NCBI GenBank assembly: GCA_035084275.1
Contig: CM068742.1
Location: 53,878,001-53,942,000 of the forward strand
Direction: 5' to 3'
From: Hydrolagus colliei
Lineage: Eukaryota
Length of the DNA: 64,000 nt
The translations under genes were made by a program, and so were the position numbers. The notes under the pieces were generated by a model that did no database searches, was not told the origin of the DNA, and saw only the letters and a list, made by a program, of their open reading frames with translations. This document shows positions 1 to 10,549 of the stretch, one piece after another (the stretch's first letter is position 1; each line of letters begins with the position of its first letter).

Positions 1-632
1 CTTTCTCGAATCCAAATTCTGCCACTACTCTTCCATCTACTAGCCTCTCCCCATTTCCCCCACCCCATTCTGGCCACTACCCATCCCTCCCTTCACACCT
101 TTGAACCTGTCTCCCATTCCTTTCTCATCACCTCATTAACCCGCATGAACCCTACCACCTGCTTTCTCAACTCCATCCCTACCAATCTTCTTACCTCCCA
201 GCTCCACTTCTTGCCCCTCTACTCAAAGACATCTTCAATCCTGTCCACTGGCACCATTCCCACCTCTTTAAAAATGGCTGTCATCACTCTCATCCTTAAA
301 AAATCCTCTCTGGACCCAGTCGTGCTCTCAAATCATGTCCTCAATGAGAGCCAACTTTCTTCAGTCATAAATCAACAAGACCAAAGCCTTACCGATTGGC
401 TCCCATCAGTGCCTCCATACCTTAGGTGCTAACAGCATCAACATGCACAATACACACTCCACCTTACTAAACCAGTCCAGAATCTTGGCGTCTTGTTCAA
501 CCCTCAACTATCCTGTCTACTCCATGACCTGCTCTGCCTTCCCACTACTGCAACATTGCCCAGCTCCACCATTGTCCTATAGAGCCGGCCGTCAAAACTC
601 TCAAAAATGCATTCATAACATCCATACTTGAC
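1..632 (+). mobile_element. Degenerate L2 LINE ORF2 (RT region) fragment with internal deletions
   Basis: ORF 145-432 (MNPTTCFLNSIPT...LSTGTIPTSLKMAVITLILKKSSLDP) parallels the L2 at 62559-63332 (LSTGPVPTPLKTDVIIPILRKRSLEP); ccagaatcttggcgtc at ~477 gives an (R/Q)NLGV-type motif. Confidence 0.8.
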
Positions 633-639
633 TATACAG

Positions 640-850
640 GAGTATCTTGGGCAAGTTTCCTTACTCCACACACCTGATAATAATCCCTCAAAAAAAATTG
701 GTCATTGCAATCCATGACTGTTTGGCTGCCATGTTTTGCCCATATGTATACAGTCAATTCACTTTACAGTATATTCTAAGAAGCACTTTGAGCCATCTAT
801 ATGACGTGAAAAGCACGATATCAAATGCAAGGATTATTATTATTATTATT
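640..850 (+). mobile_element. 5'-truncated tRNA-derived SINE (short young type)
   Basis: ttgggcaagtttccttactcc...cagtcaattcactttacagtatattc...tcaaatgcaagg(att)n, shared with many copies in the window. Confidence 0.9.
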
Positions 851-904
851 TCATATTCCTCAACCCCATCCCTACCAATGGGGTTGAGGAATACATAATA
901 ATAT

Positions 905-1218
905 TAATTCCCATGGCCTCATTCCTCCCTATCCCTGTGAACATCATCCTACCATTGTTGGGCAGGCCTTCAACCATTCTGCACCTACCCTCTTGAACTA
1001 TTTCACAGTCCCTCCATCTCACCCCATCCCTCGCCACCTTCAAGACCCACCTTAAGACCCTCCTCTTTGACTGTGCTTGTGATCAACATCCTTCCCCCCT
1101 ACCCTCCACCCTCCCCAATCCCTACCCTCAGCTTGAGTCCAGAATACTGTCTGTCCAGCAACTTAGGACTTCCTCTCGACATGAAAGGCGCTATATAAAT
1201 GTTATTTTGTTGTTGTTG
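905..1218 (+). mobile_element. L2 3' UTR and tail
   Basis: ccttcaagacccaccttaagaccctcctctttgac and terminal gaaaggcgctatataaatgt...(ttg)n. Confidence 0.8.
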
Positions 1219-1220
1219 GG

Positions 1221-1406
1221 TGCTGGAGTGGAACTGTCATAAGCATTTCAGTTTGTATCTTATCATTGGTGAAATCATTCTACAGGTAACAGGGAACGGT
1301 GACTATTGGACTTGATATATGGCATACAAGTTCCTTGTTACCTGTAGAATGATTTCACCAATGATAAGATACAAACTGAAATGCTTATGACAGTTCCACT
1401 CCAGCA
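1221..1406. repeat. Long near-perfect inverted repeat (77-bp arms, 32-bp spacer)
   Basis: 1221-1297 is the reverse complement of 1330-1406 with one mismatch. Confidence 0.97.
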
Positions 1407-1899
1407 TACATTACCATCACATGGTTTAAAAGGATGCAGTAACAACCACATATGTGGTAGGTGCTGAGTCCCATTGTACGATCAGACATCAGCCAGTCAA
1501 GGCCACCGAAACCCACTTGTCATAGGATTTGCAAGGTTAGTGCATTTAAACTAAAATAATAAAAGGATCAGTGCTGACAGGAATCAATGGCTCCCACTAG
1601 ACCATAAGCAATCGGATACCCCTGATAGACCACCAAGCAAGATTTAGATTTACACATCCAGTTAGAAAAAAAAGTCACATCTTTCGTACAGTGGTTTCAA
1701 TCATAGTATGGAGTCTACAAGCTAACAAACCCACCATTAAGATGGGAAATTTATGGTGGGACCAGGAAACCTGTCGCATGTCCACACAAAGTGCTTGCTG
1801 CATCTGTAGTTTTGTGCCTTTCAGACTTGCAAAATATGTGCTCTTAAAGAGACAGGTCAAAACCACAGTGAAATTGTACGAATTGTACCAAGGACAGAA

Positions 1900-2217
1900 A
1901 ATAATAAATAATAATAATAACCCTTGCATATGATGTAGCACTTTTTGCGTGTTCTAGATGGCTCAAAGTGCTTCACAGAATATACTGTAAAGTGAATTGA
2001 CTGTATCGATGTGGGCGAAATATGACAGCCAATTGCATATACCGCAGTGTCTCACAGACGGTCATGGATTTCAATGACCAGTTTATTATTTTTTTTTGCA
2101 GGGATTATTATCAGGCTTGTGGAGTAAAGAAATATAAGTAAGTAGACCTACCGGGAATTGAACACAGATGTCTCACTTGCAAGGCGAGTGCTCTAACCAC
2201 TGAAGCATAGGACTCCA
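1900..2217 (-). mobile_element. Near full-length tRNA-derived SINE
   Basis: Reverse-strand head ggagtcctatgcttcagtggttagagcactcgccttgcaag, family body and (att)n tail. Confidence 0.9.
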
Positions 2218-3899
2218 CATGTATATTTTGTGGGCGAAATGACAGACAATTGCCCACAGCAGAGTCCCACACACAATCATGGGTCAAAGTGACCGAATCA
2301 TTGTTAATGTAATGGGAGCGGGCACGGTATTGAAATCTGGAGATCAGATAGTAAGCAGATTAACCTGAACTGATCTATTCTATCAGGTTCATGAAGCTGA
2401 TTGCATGCTAACCTGAACTATCACAGGAACTGACCCTTATTTTAAAAAAAAATACATTTTGCCTCTTAGGACAAGATAGTATAGAGTACATGGAATTTTT
2501 CTGTTCTACTGCAATAAATTCTTACAAACCCTTGGACCATTAAACAGACAATAACTTTATGTCATCTATCTACTCAAAAGAATGGTGTAAAAGTGGTGGA
2601 GTGTTGGGAGTTGGGAAGCCTCGTAGGTTAAGAGCTCCCACATGCCAACTTGTGTGAAGGGCGCTATATAAATGAAAGTTGTTATTGGAGTAATAATTTA
2701 TACAAATACTCCTGCACAATATTCTAAGCTTATCATATGGTATATTTATTCCATTCCCACTTTTTTTGGTCAACTGTGTCTGACATACCCTGTAAATACC
2801 CATCACTATGCTTACGAGTGTCCAAACAAGACTGAGAGCTCGACATATGTACACCTACACTTGGTATACAATTGGAATGGAATACACACCTTCTCTCCGG
2901 AAGCATGCCCCCTGCTCTGCTTACCTAATTTCAGGGAATACTAGGTATTCCTTTTGTTATTCAATTATCCTGCTTCATTAGGATTACAAAATTGGATTTA
3001 GATGTTGTAAAATGAAAATGTACAAATATAGTTCAATACAATTTACATTGAAATAGCACCTCTAAGATTGGAAGGATCTCCGAAATAGCTTGACCGTTCT
3101 GGCTGAGTATCGGAGCTGAGGATGGCAGAATTGCAACATAAGTAAAGTGTATATAACTGATTTGGTGAATATTTTTTGTAGCCCTCTATTTACCCAAGAG
3201 ACAAATGTAAGGTGAAATTGTTTCCTCATATGTCTTCTTTGATGTGGTGTAGATTAAACTGCTGAAGGGTGTGTTTGATTTACAAATAACACTGACCACC
3301 CATTCTCTACCCCTTGCTCCCGGCTCCATTATTATGGCATCAGGGCCCTGTGCCATCTGTAAACAAAAGATTCCCTCAGACGCCTTGATTTGAGACAGTC
3401 ACATATGCATATCACACTTAGTGTCACTGCTTCCTGTTAGTGTTGTTCTTTCACCAAAGCAATTGCTTTGTGAGAAAGAGCAGCCTCAAATAGTTGCCGC
3501 AGAGGTACTAAAAGTCTAATTTACGGATTGTGAACTCCATGTGCTAAGACGTAAGGCAGGAATCACAGACTTCTTAGTTATGTACTCAACAGCCATGTGA
3601 TTTCACAATCCTTTGAACTGGTTGTTAATTCCATAAGGAATTAAGGAAACCTATAATCCCCTCTTTATAAAGACATATTAACACAATCCGCAAATTAGAC
3701 TGCAACTTTTTCACGTTATTGTACTGTGCCAACATGTATTTTTGTGTTGGCACACAATACTAATACTATTTTTGTGTTAGACAATACTAAATCTATCAGT
3801 TCTAAAGAAGCTTGTTTATGTCATTGAACTTCCTATAAACTAGTTGTCTGGGATTTGGACAAGTTAAGTTTTCACACTGGGAGATTATGCCTTCCGGGC

Positions 3900-4140
3900 C
3901 CAGTTTGGGACTTTGAATGAATAATCTGGTCTGATACTCCAGTGCAAACTTGGGATGTACTGTGCTATCAGATCTACCTGACTTTGGATAAAACATTACA
4001 CCGAGGTCTCATCTGCCTGTTTAGGTGGACAAATTAACTGTCACATTCACTCACAAAAACAGTTATACCTTTCGTTAAATCTTATGAAATGCTTTGAGAC
4101 AGCTGGATGACATAAAACTGTGCTGTATCAAATGTATGGA
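3900..4140 (+). mobile_element. Old DeuSINE (SacSINE1/AmnSINE1-like) fragment
   Basis: ctgatactccagtgca...acattacaccgaggtctcatctgcctgtttaggtggac resembles the Deu-domain core seen in other old copies here. Confidence 0.65.
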
Positions 4141-4160
4141 AAAAGGTGCTGTTTCAAATG

Positions 4161-4486
4161 GGGAGCTCTGTAGCTCAGTGGCTAAAGCATTCGTCTCGCA
4201 CGCAAGAGACCTGAGGTTAATTCCTCGCAGGGCAAAACCTGGGACAAGTATCCTTACTTCACATGCCTGCTAATAATCCCTCAAGAGAAAACCCCCCAAT
4301 AATAAATTGGCCACTTCAATCGACGGCTGTTTGTGGGATACAACACTGCGCCGTGTTTCACCCACAAATATATAGTCAATTCACTTTGCAGTATATTCTG
4401 CGAAGCACTTTGAGGCTTATAGAAGATTTGAAATGCGCAATATCAAATGCAAGAATTATTATTATTATGGATTATATTATTATTAA
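4161..4486 (+). mobile_element. Full-length tRNA-derived SINE
   Basis: A-box tagctcagtgg, degenerate B-box, family body and (att)n tail. Confidence 0.9.
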
Positions 4487-4849
4487 CTGGGTCTCCATTA
4501 TAATAACTCATATAGCCTCAAGGGGGCCTGCTCTGTATGCTTACGATGCTGGACATTCTTGTTTGCACACATGTATACACACATAAATATATTTGTGTGT
4601 CACTGCTTCCAGGGTGCAGTTCTAACTTGATGTATTTACATTTTGAATAAAGATGTCCTAAATGTATAAACACCATTAGATTCTTAAAGCGTTTTGAGAT
4701 CAGAAAGTAGACGCAAACACAAAAAAAGGGACTTTGAATTTTGACAACTTGTTTTATCTTTTCAGCTTGTTTTTTCCTCTGTAAGAAATCTAGATCAGAT
4801 CGCATAACGCCCTCCATGAATCTGCACTGACCTAAACAACACTGGCGGC

Positions 4850-5270
4850 ACAGCATGTAGACAGCGAGCAAATGTTTCCTCACTTTTGTGTTGGGATGTT
4901 CGATTGCCCAAATTTGACAACGTAGATTGTCAAAGTGCAAGATGATATAGATCGTGGAATAGGATTGATTGCTGGTAACTCTGTGGTGGAAATTGTGCCC
5001 TGTGATGTGTGAATTATCATTGGTGAAATAGTCACGTTGATGAATGAGATCAACACGGCATGTTGCAAGTAAAAGTCTGGCCAGGAGTGTGACTCCCCCT
5101 ATCTCCTCCCATCGAATCAAGCAATTTGTTGGGTCTGATACAAACCTTGGTATTAGAATTGGCCATGGTGGAATGCCAGTTTGTGAGATAACAAAACAGA
5201 TCAGAGTTAAGATGGTAAACTAGCAATGAGATGTTGTAATCCATGGCAGCTTCAATGGTGCCCTGAGTAT
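4850..5270 (-). mobile_element. Fossil Penelope-like element (linker and GIY-YIG endonuclease region)
   Basis: Across frameshifts: LLVYH...NWH, VCIRPNKLLDS, TPGQTFTCNMPC, STIYII, VRKHL; colinear with Penelope LVLTYHP..W / RPxNLRD / PGTFPCxxxRC / NVIYxI / RxxEH. Confidence 0.5.
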
Positions 5271-6343
5271 ATTTCAATGAACGTCACGGCTTCATTCATC
5301 TGCAATCAAACATCAACTGAGAAACGAGCAGGAGTGAACTTTTCAATAGTGTATTCAAGCCACCAGTAACACCACTTAGTAAAGAACAGTAACTTATTTA
5401 GATCAGTAAAGGTATAAACAGTAAGGATATTGAAATCAAAACTACATGCTATATTGGATAAGAAAGGAGGTAAAGAGATAATTTGGGGACTTCTAGCAAT
5501 TCTAGGGCTTAATATTCCTCGGGTACAAAAACAGGTATAAAGCTGTTATAATAACCTTTGCAACAGCTGCTCACAAATTCACAGAAGCACACAATATTCC
5601 TATATAGAAAATGTGAGAAACGGCAAATCATAAGCAACTATGCAGAAGTAACAGCCAATTTTGAACATGTGCAGTTTGAACTTTTCAGGCTTTGAAGCAG
5701 CTAATAAGCCACTGGGGCTTCTATAAACTTCATAAAGTTCAACAAGCAAGCTGTGCAGTATGAACATGTGAAGCACTGGTTCAGCAAGGAGGCTGTGCAA
5801 GAGCTGCCGAACATGGCAATGGATACAAGAGCAAATGTGTGATGGAGGAGGACAGTCTCCTAATCCCCTAATATGCAAAGACACCAACATTTGGCCCAGA
5901 AAATATAGACATTTTACAGTATACATTGTGATGTGCTTTGAGACATCTCAACAACATGATAAGGCATTACATCAAATGCAACAATTATCATTATTAAGAT
6001 TGCGGGTCAGACACTAATTAATATTTAGTGGATTTACATGTAGCTGACTTCCTGATGGTACCTTCCTTATTAACGAAGATCATGAAGTCAGGTTCACAAC
6101 ATTCCTGGATGTCATCCTTTACGTTATTTATTTACAAAAACTCCAGTATCCTGCTATCTATCAATTGAAGGTTGCAATGTGAAAGCAAAATATCAAATCT
6201 GTAGGATATGCTTCACTGACAATGCCATTGAGAAAAAGTCAAGGGTAGTCCATCCAGGTCTCTTCAATGTGCTAACTATTGATAGACCACTGAATTGACC
6301 CCAATATGCCACTGACAGTATCAATTCTGAAAGGATAAACCTT

Positions 6344-6418
6344 TAACAACAACAACAACAACAACTTTGATTTATATAGCCCCCTCCACACCTGACGGCG
6401 TCTCAGAGCGCTTTAAAT
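6344..6418 (-). mobile_element. Very short L2 3' tail
   Basis: (caa)n ctttgatttatatagccccctccacacctgacggcgtctcagagcgctt; same family as 45157-45218. Confidence 0.8.
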
Positions 6419-6429
6419 GTGCCATGCTA

Positions 6430-6961
6430 CCATGTCTCCCCATCTCTCCCCCCACCCCCACCCCCACCCCCACCCCCGCTGCTGTCCCTCTCTCCTCCAC
6501 CCCCACCACCGTCCCTCTCTCCCACCCCCCCAACCCCCTGTTGTCTCTCTCCCCCACCCCCCCCCCCCAGCTGTCTCTTTCCCCCTCTCCCCCCCCACCG
6601 CCGTCTCTCTCTCCCTCTACCCCCCAGCCATCTCTCTCCCCCTCCCCCCCCAGCAGTCTTTCTCCCCCTCCCCATCCAGCCGTCTCACTCCCCCAGCCGT
6701 CTCTCTCCCCTCACCCCTTGCATACCTGTATATTGTATTCTAGGACTATGAATACAATATGGCGGCTTTACACCTCAGTCTGTGCATTGTGTATAGAGAT
6801 GAGCATTCTGGGCCTTGGATTTCAGTGTGCGCGCATTCCGATTTTTCCCCTCGATATATCGATTTTTCGATATATCGATTTTCTTGAAATGCCTATATCA
6901 GCGTATCGATATGAAAATTATATCGGGTTTTAGCGATATATCGATATATCGCCGGACCCTA
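6430..6961 (-). mobile_element. One-ended copy of the non-autonomous hAT (TAGGG-type TIR) element
   Basis: 6946-6961 is the reverse complement of TAGGGTCCGGCGATAT; 6715-6961 closely matches the reverse complement of ~57379-57626; other end missing. Confidence 0.9.
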
Positions 6962-7194
6962 GCTTCCAGTAATTAAAATGCTTCACACCAACCTGTGGGA
7001 TACCTGCTCCAAAATTAGATCATGTTGAGGCAGGCTTCAATGAGTCAAGTACAGTAATATATTTCTGGAAAAGACAAGAATGAATCATTGCTGCATTCAT
7101 GACTTGGAGAGATAAGGAATTATTACACCCAATAGAGTACAGTACTGTAATTAAAGGCCATTCACCAAACTTTCTAAATTAACCTGAGTGAACA

Positions 7195-7560
7195 AAAATA
7201 ACAGCAAAATTACATTTGTATAGCACCTTTCAAATTCGGAAGTTGTCTCAAGCCGCTGAACAATCAATGTTTTGCACCCGAGCTGGGAATTGGGGAGAGT
7301 GGAAGGCAGAGGATGAAGGAGGGTGACCAAAGGCATGATCAAGGAGGAGGGTCTAGAGATGAGTCTTGAAGGAGGCAAAGGAGGGGCTAGGTGGAGGGAC
7401 TGCGGGATGGAGTTTCAGAGGGTGATGACAGACTGGCGGAAGGCCGGCCCATCATTGGTGGGGAGGCTGAGGCAGGGGATGTGAAGCAAGCCAGAGCCTG
7501 CTGAGCAAAGGGAGCAGACAGGTTGGTAGGGAGTTAGGAAGATCATGAGAGTGTTTGCAA
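7195..7560 (-). mobile_element. L2 3' region
   Basis: Reverse tail aaattacatttgtatagcacctttc and gtcttgaaggaggc; related to 58196-58650. Confidence 0.8.
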
Positions 7561-7639
7561 TTCCTGAATGTGTGACCTGCCGTGTCTTCTGCCTGTGTGA
7601 CCTTTGATATCTTCCTGCACTGGTACTCATTCGGGCTAT

Positions 7640-8055
7640 TACTCCTATCCTTGCCTGGAGCCCCCAAATCCCAACAGATTGAGTTCAGGATCCTCATAAT
7701 AGTTTAACTTGCATCATGAACTTACCCCATTCTACCTCTGCGACCTTCTTAAATCCTACTAACTCGGCTACTCTCTCCGCTCAGCGGGCACTGGCCTGCT
7801 TCACACCCCCAACCTCACCCACCCACTATCAGCGGACAACTTTCAACAAATCTGGTCCCACTCTCTGAACTCTATCGTGGTGTCCTTTTTACTCATCCTT
7901 CCTTTCGCCTTCTTCAAATTCCACCTCAAGACTTTCATCTTTGACAGAACTTTTGACACCTACCCCCACCCCGAATCCAGTTCTCGTGCAAAACTGCTTC
8001 TTTGAACATCCTCCCAACATGAAGAACCCTATATAAATGTAAATTTGCATTGTAT
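7640..8055 (+). mobile_element. L2 3' region
   Basis: ttcttcaaattccacctcaagactttcatctttgac...ccctatataaatgtaaattt tail. Confidence 0.75.
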
Positions 8056-8119
8056 TATTAATAATAATCCTAGCATTTGATGTAGTGCCTAATCACAATG
8101 TCAAGATGTTTCAAACAAT

Positions 8120-8400
8120 TTGCAAGATTAAAGAGGAAGGTCTTCAGGTGCGGAGGGAGGGGGCAGGGGTGCGATAGAGGAATGGATTGTGAGCAGTTTG
8201 GAGAGATAGGGTGGTGGCAGTGCTTGAAGTGATTTTTAGGTGAGTGTGATGATCTTGAAAGCAATCCATTGTAAGGAGCCAGTGTAGCCTGCCAAGGACT
8301 GGGGTAATGGAGTGTAGAGTTTGGTACTGGTGAGGATATGGGCGGCAGAGATTTGAGTTTGAATCAATTGGACTTTATGAGCGGTGGAGATGCAAAGCAG
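8120..8400 (-). mobile_element. L2 fragment
   Basis: aagaggaaggtcttcaggtg and ccattgtaaggagccagtgtagc (reverse LASLHWL-type segment). Confidence 0.65.
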
Positions 8401-9594
8401 CAAGGGCTTCACCTCAGATTAAAAGGAAAGCAAACATCTACCAGATTTCCATTTACAGCAATAATTGCAATATGCATTAGAATTTTAGTACTGTTTCTAT
8501 GTTGCTAGTGTACTATCTGTCCACATATAAATCTTCCAAGTGACTTCTCTACTAATGTCACTTAAGAAGCACAAATAGATTTCATACACAGTGACTACAC
8601 AATCTTCATGAGCATCAAATCTGCCTTCTCTACCATTCTGGAGGTAGCATTTGAACATTACTACTGGAACCCACACAAATTTTGGATTGTTATGAAAGAT
8701 GGTGAATTGATATCAATTAGACAAGCGAACAATAGTACCCAGCACTGGAGACAACTCATTACAATCAGAGAGATTTCATATTGTTGGAGATGAGCAGTTA
8801 ATTACATTAACATGTGGTTATGATGTATACTAGAATGCAAATATTTGTATGCAAACATGTGCAAATAATGAAGTATTGTAGTCTTGTTTCACTGAATGAA
8901 TACAGGAGGAAACCGATAGTGTCTTTATTTGAGTTAAAAAGATGTATATTTAACCATTAATCTTCATCCAAACGGTGAAAATATTTCAATATTTCTGAGC
9001 AAACCTCCCTGATGTCTGTGAGGCATGACCCCCAGCTGGAACCTTCAGAAGGAGCTGACATTTAATGTCAGTTTGGCCCAATTAGTAGTGCTTCTGTTTC
9101 TGAGTTAGAAGGTTGCAGAAGGTTGTAGATTCCAAATGCATACAATCATGCACTTAATAGCATATAATAAGAATCACGTCTTCTAGATGTCTCAAAGTGC
9201 TTCACAGTATATATCGTAAAGTGAATTGACTGTATATTTTGCGGGCAAAACTATATCCTTTGAAGTGCTTTAACATGTCATCAAGGCATCTTGATGACAT
9301 GTTAAAGCACTAAATCAAATACAAGGATTACTATTATTATTGTTCGGGTGAACATTAAATAAAAAAGGAGAATCCAGTGTGGTGGGCAAAAATCCCCCAG
9401 ATTACATTCATTGATCATTTCATGGCTGTAAAAACTTGCCAATGGGGAAACTGAGAGTGTTCTAGCGGTGTTGACATGTCACTCACTATGTCAAAATAGT
9501 ACGAGGAAGCAATAAACAAGTCAAACAAGATCCTGAGCTACATAAATAAATCAATTGAATTTAGATCTCCAGATGTCATACACAGACACCACGA

Positions 9595-9858
9595 TGCTCT
9601 GGGAACACTCAGCAGGTCAAGCAACATCTATGGAGAAAGGAAGAGTGAATCAATGTTTCGGGTTCACAACCCTTTGTTAGAACTTTGTTTACTTTATACT
9701 TCCTACTTTATATTTCAGTTGCATCGAAGGCTCACGTGTACCTGAAACATTGATTCACTTTTCCTTTCTCCATAGATGCTGCCTGACCTGCTGAGTGTTC
9801 CCAGCGACTTCTGTTTTTGTTTCAGATTTCCAGCATCTGCAATATTTTGCGTTTTTGT
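9595..9858. mobile_element. Inverted pair of Penelope-type terminal repeats
   Basis: Arms 9599-9663 and 9740-9804 are near reverse complements; contains gatgctgcctgacctgctgagt, a common chondrichthyan repeat end. Confidence 0.7.
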
Positions 9859-9861
9859 TCC

Positions 9862-10355
9862 ACAATAATCTGGTTAGACCAGACCTTGAATGCTGCAGAC
9901 AGTTCTGGTCACCGCCACATAAGGAGGCCATGCTGACCCTAGAAGTAGTACAGAGGAGAGCAATGCTAGAGGATTGAGATATGAACAACAATTAGCTAAG
10001 GTACAGCTCTTCAGTTTTGAGAGCAGACAACTCAGAAAGGATCTCATAGAGGCGCATACATTTTCAAATGAGATTGAAAAAGTAAACCTAGATTAATTAG
10101 GATGTATCAAACAATGGAGCAAGTTAATTTAGGTCTATACTTGCAAAAGACAATTTTAGGAGAGATATCTGGAAACTTTTCTTTATTCAGAGGGTAATCA
10201 ACGAATGGAGCAGGTTGCCAGGAAGGGTGGTAATTATGACACTGGGTTCATTTAAAAAGCAGCTTGATGCAGTGATAATGAGACAGTGTGTGGGTAGTCT
10301 GAAGGAATGAGATGGACCAAAGGGTCTTCTTTACCGAGCCAATATTGTGATCGTG
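9862..10355 (+). mobile_element. CR1 LINE 3' fragment
   Basis: LVRPDLECCRQFWSP...LEVVQRRA, typical of the CR1 ORF2 C-terminus, followed by 3' UTR. Confidence 0.9.
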
Positions 10356-10549
10356 TTGATGGGATATGATGTGTGCAAATTGGCTGCTGCGTTTGCTTCC
10401 AGATACAATGATTATACCTGAGGGCATTTTGAAACATTACACTGTTAGTGGTGCTTTACCAAATACAGTACAAGGATTATTATTATTATTATTTAACACT
10501 CACTTCAGTACTGTCAAAGTGGAGCACATGCATTTTAATACGACATAAA

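Noticed and set aside
5013-5028. 16-bp match to the hairpin arm (ttatcattggtgaaat)
   Set aside because: Short, AT-rich and without flanking similarity; treated as coincidence
4518-5120. 200-aa ORF as a host gene
   Set aside because: No coherent protein; motifs are spread over three frames, consistent with a decayed Penelope relic
5660-5860. Possible L1/Tx1 RT motif (ASINFIK)
   Set aside because: Single weak motif with no colinear support
6367-6933. Pro-rich and Gly-rich ORFs in all frames
   Set aside because: Low-complexity C-rich core of a non-autonomous hAT; stop codons are absent because of base composition
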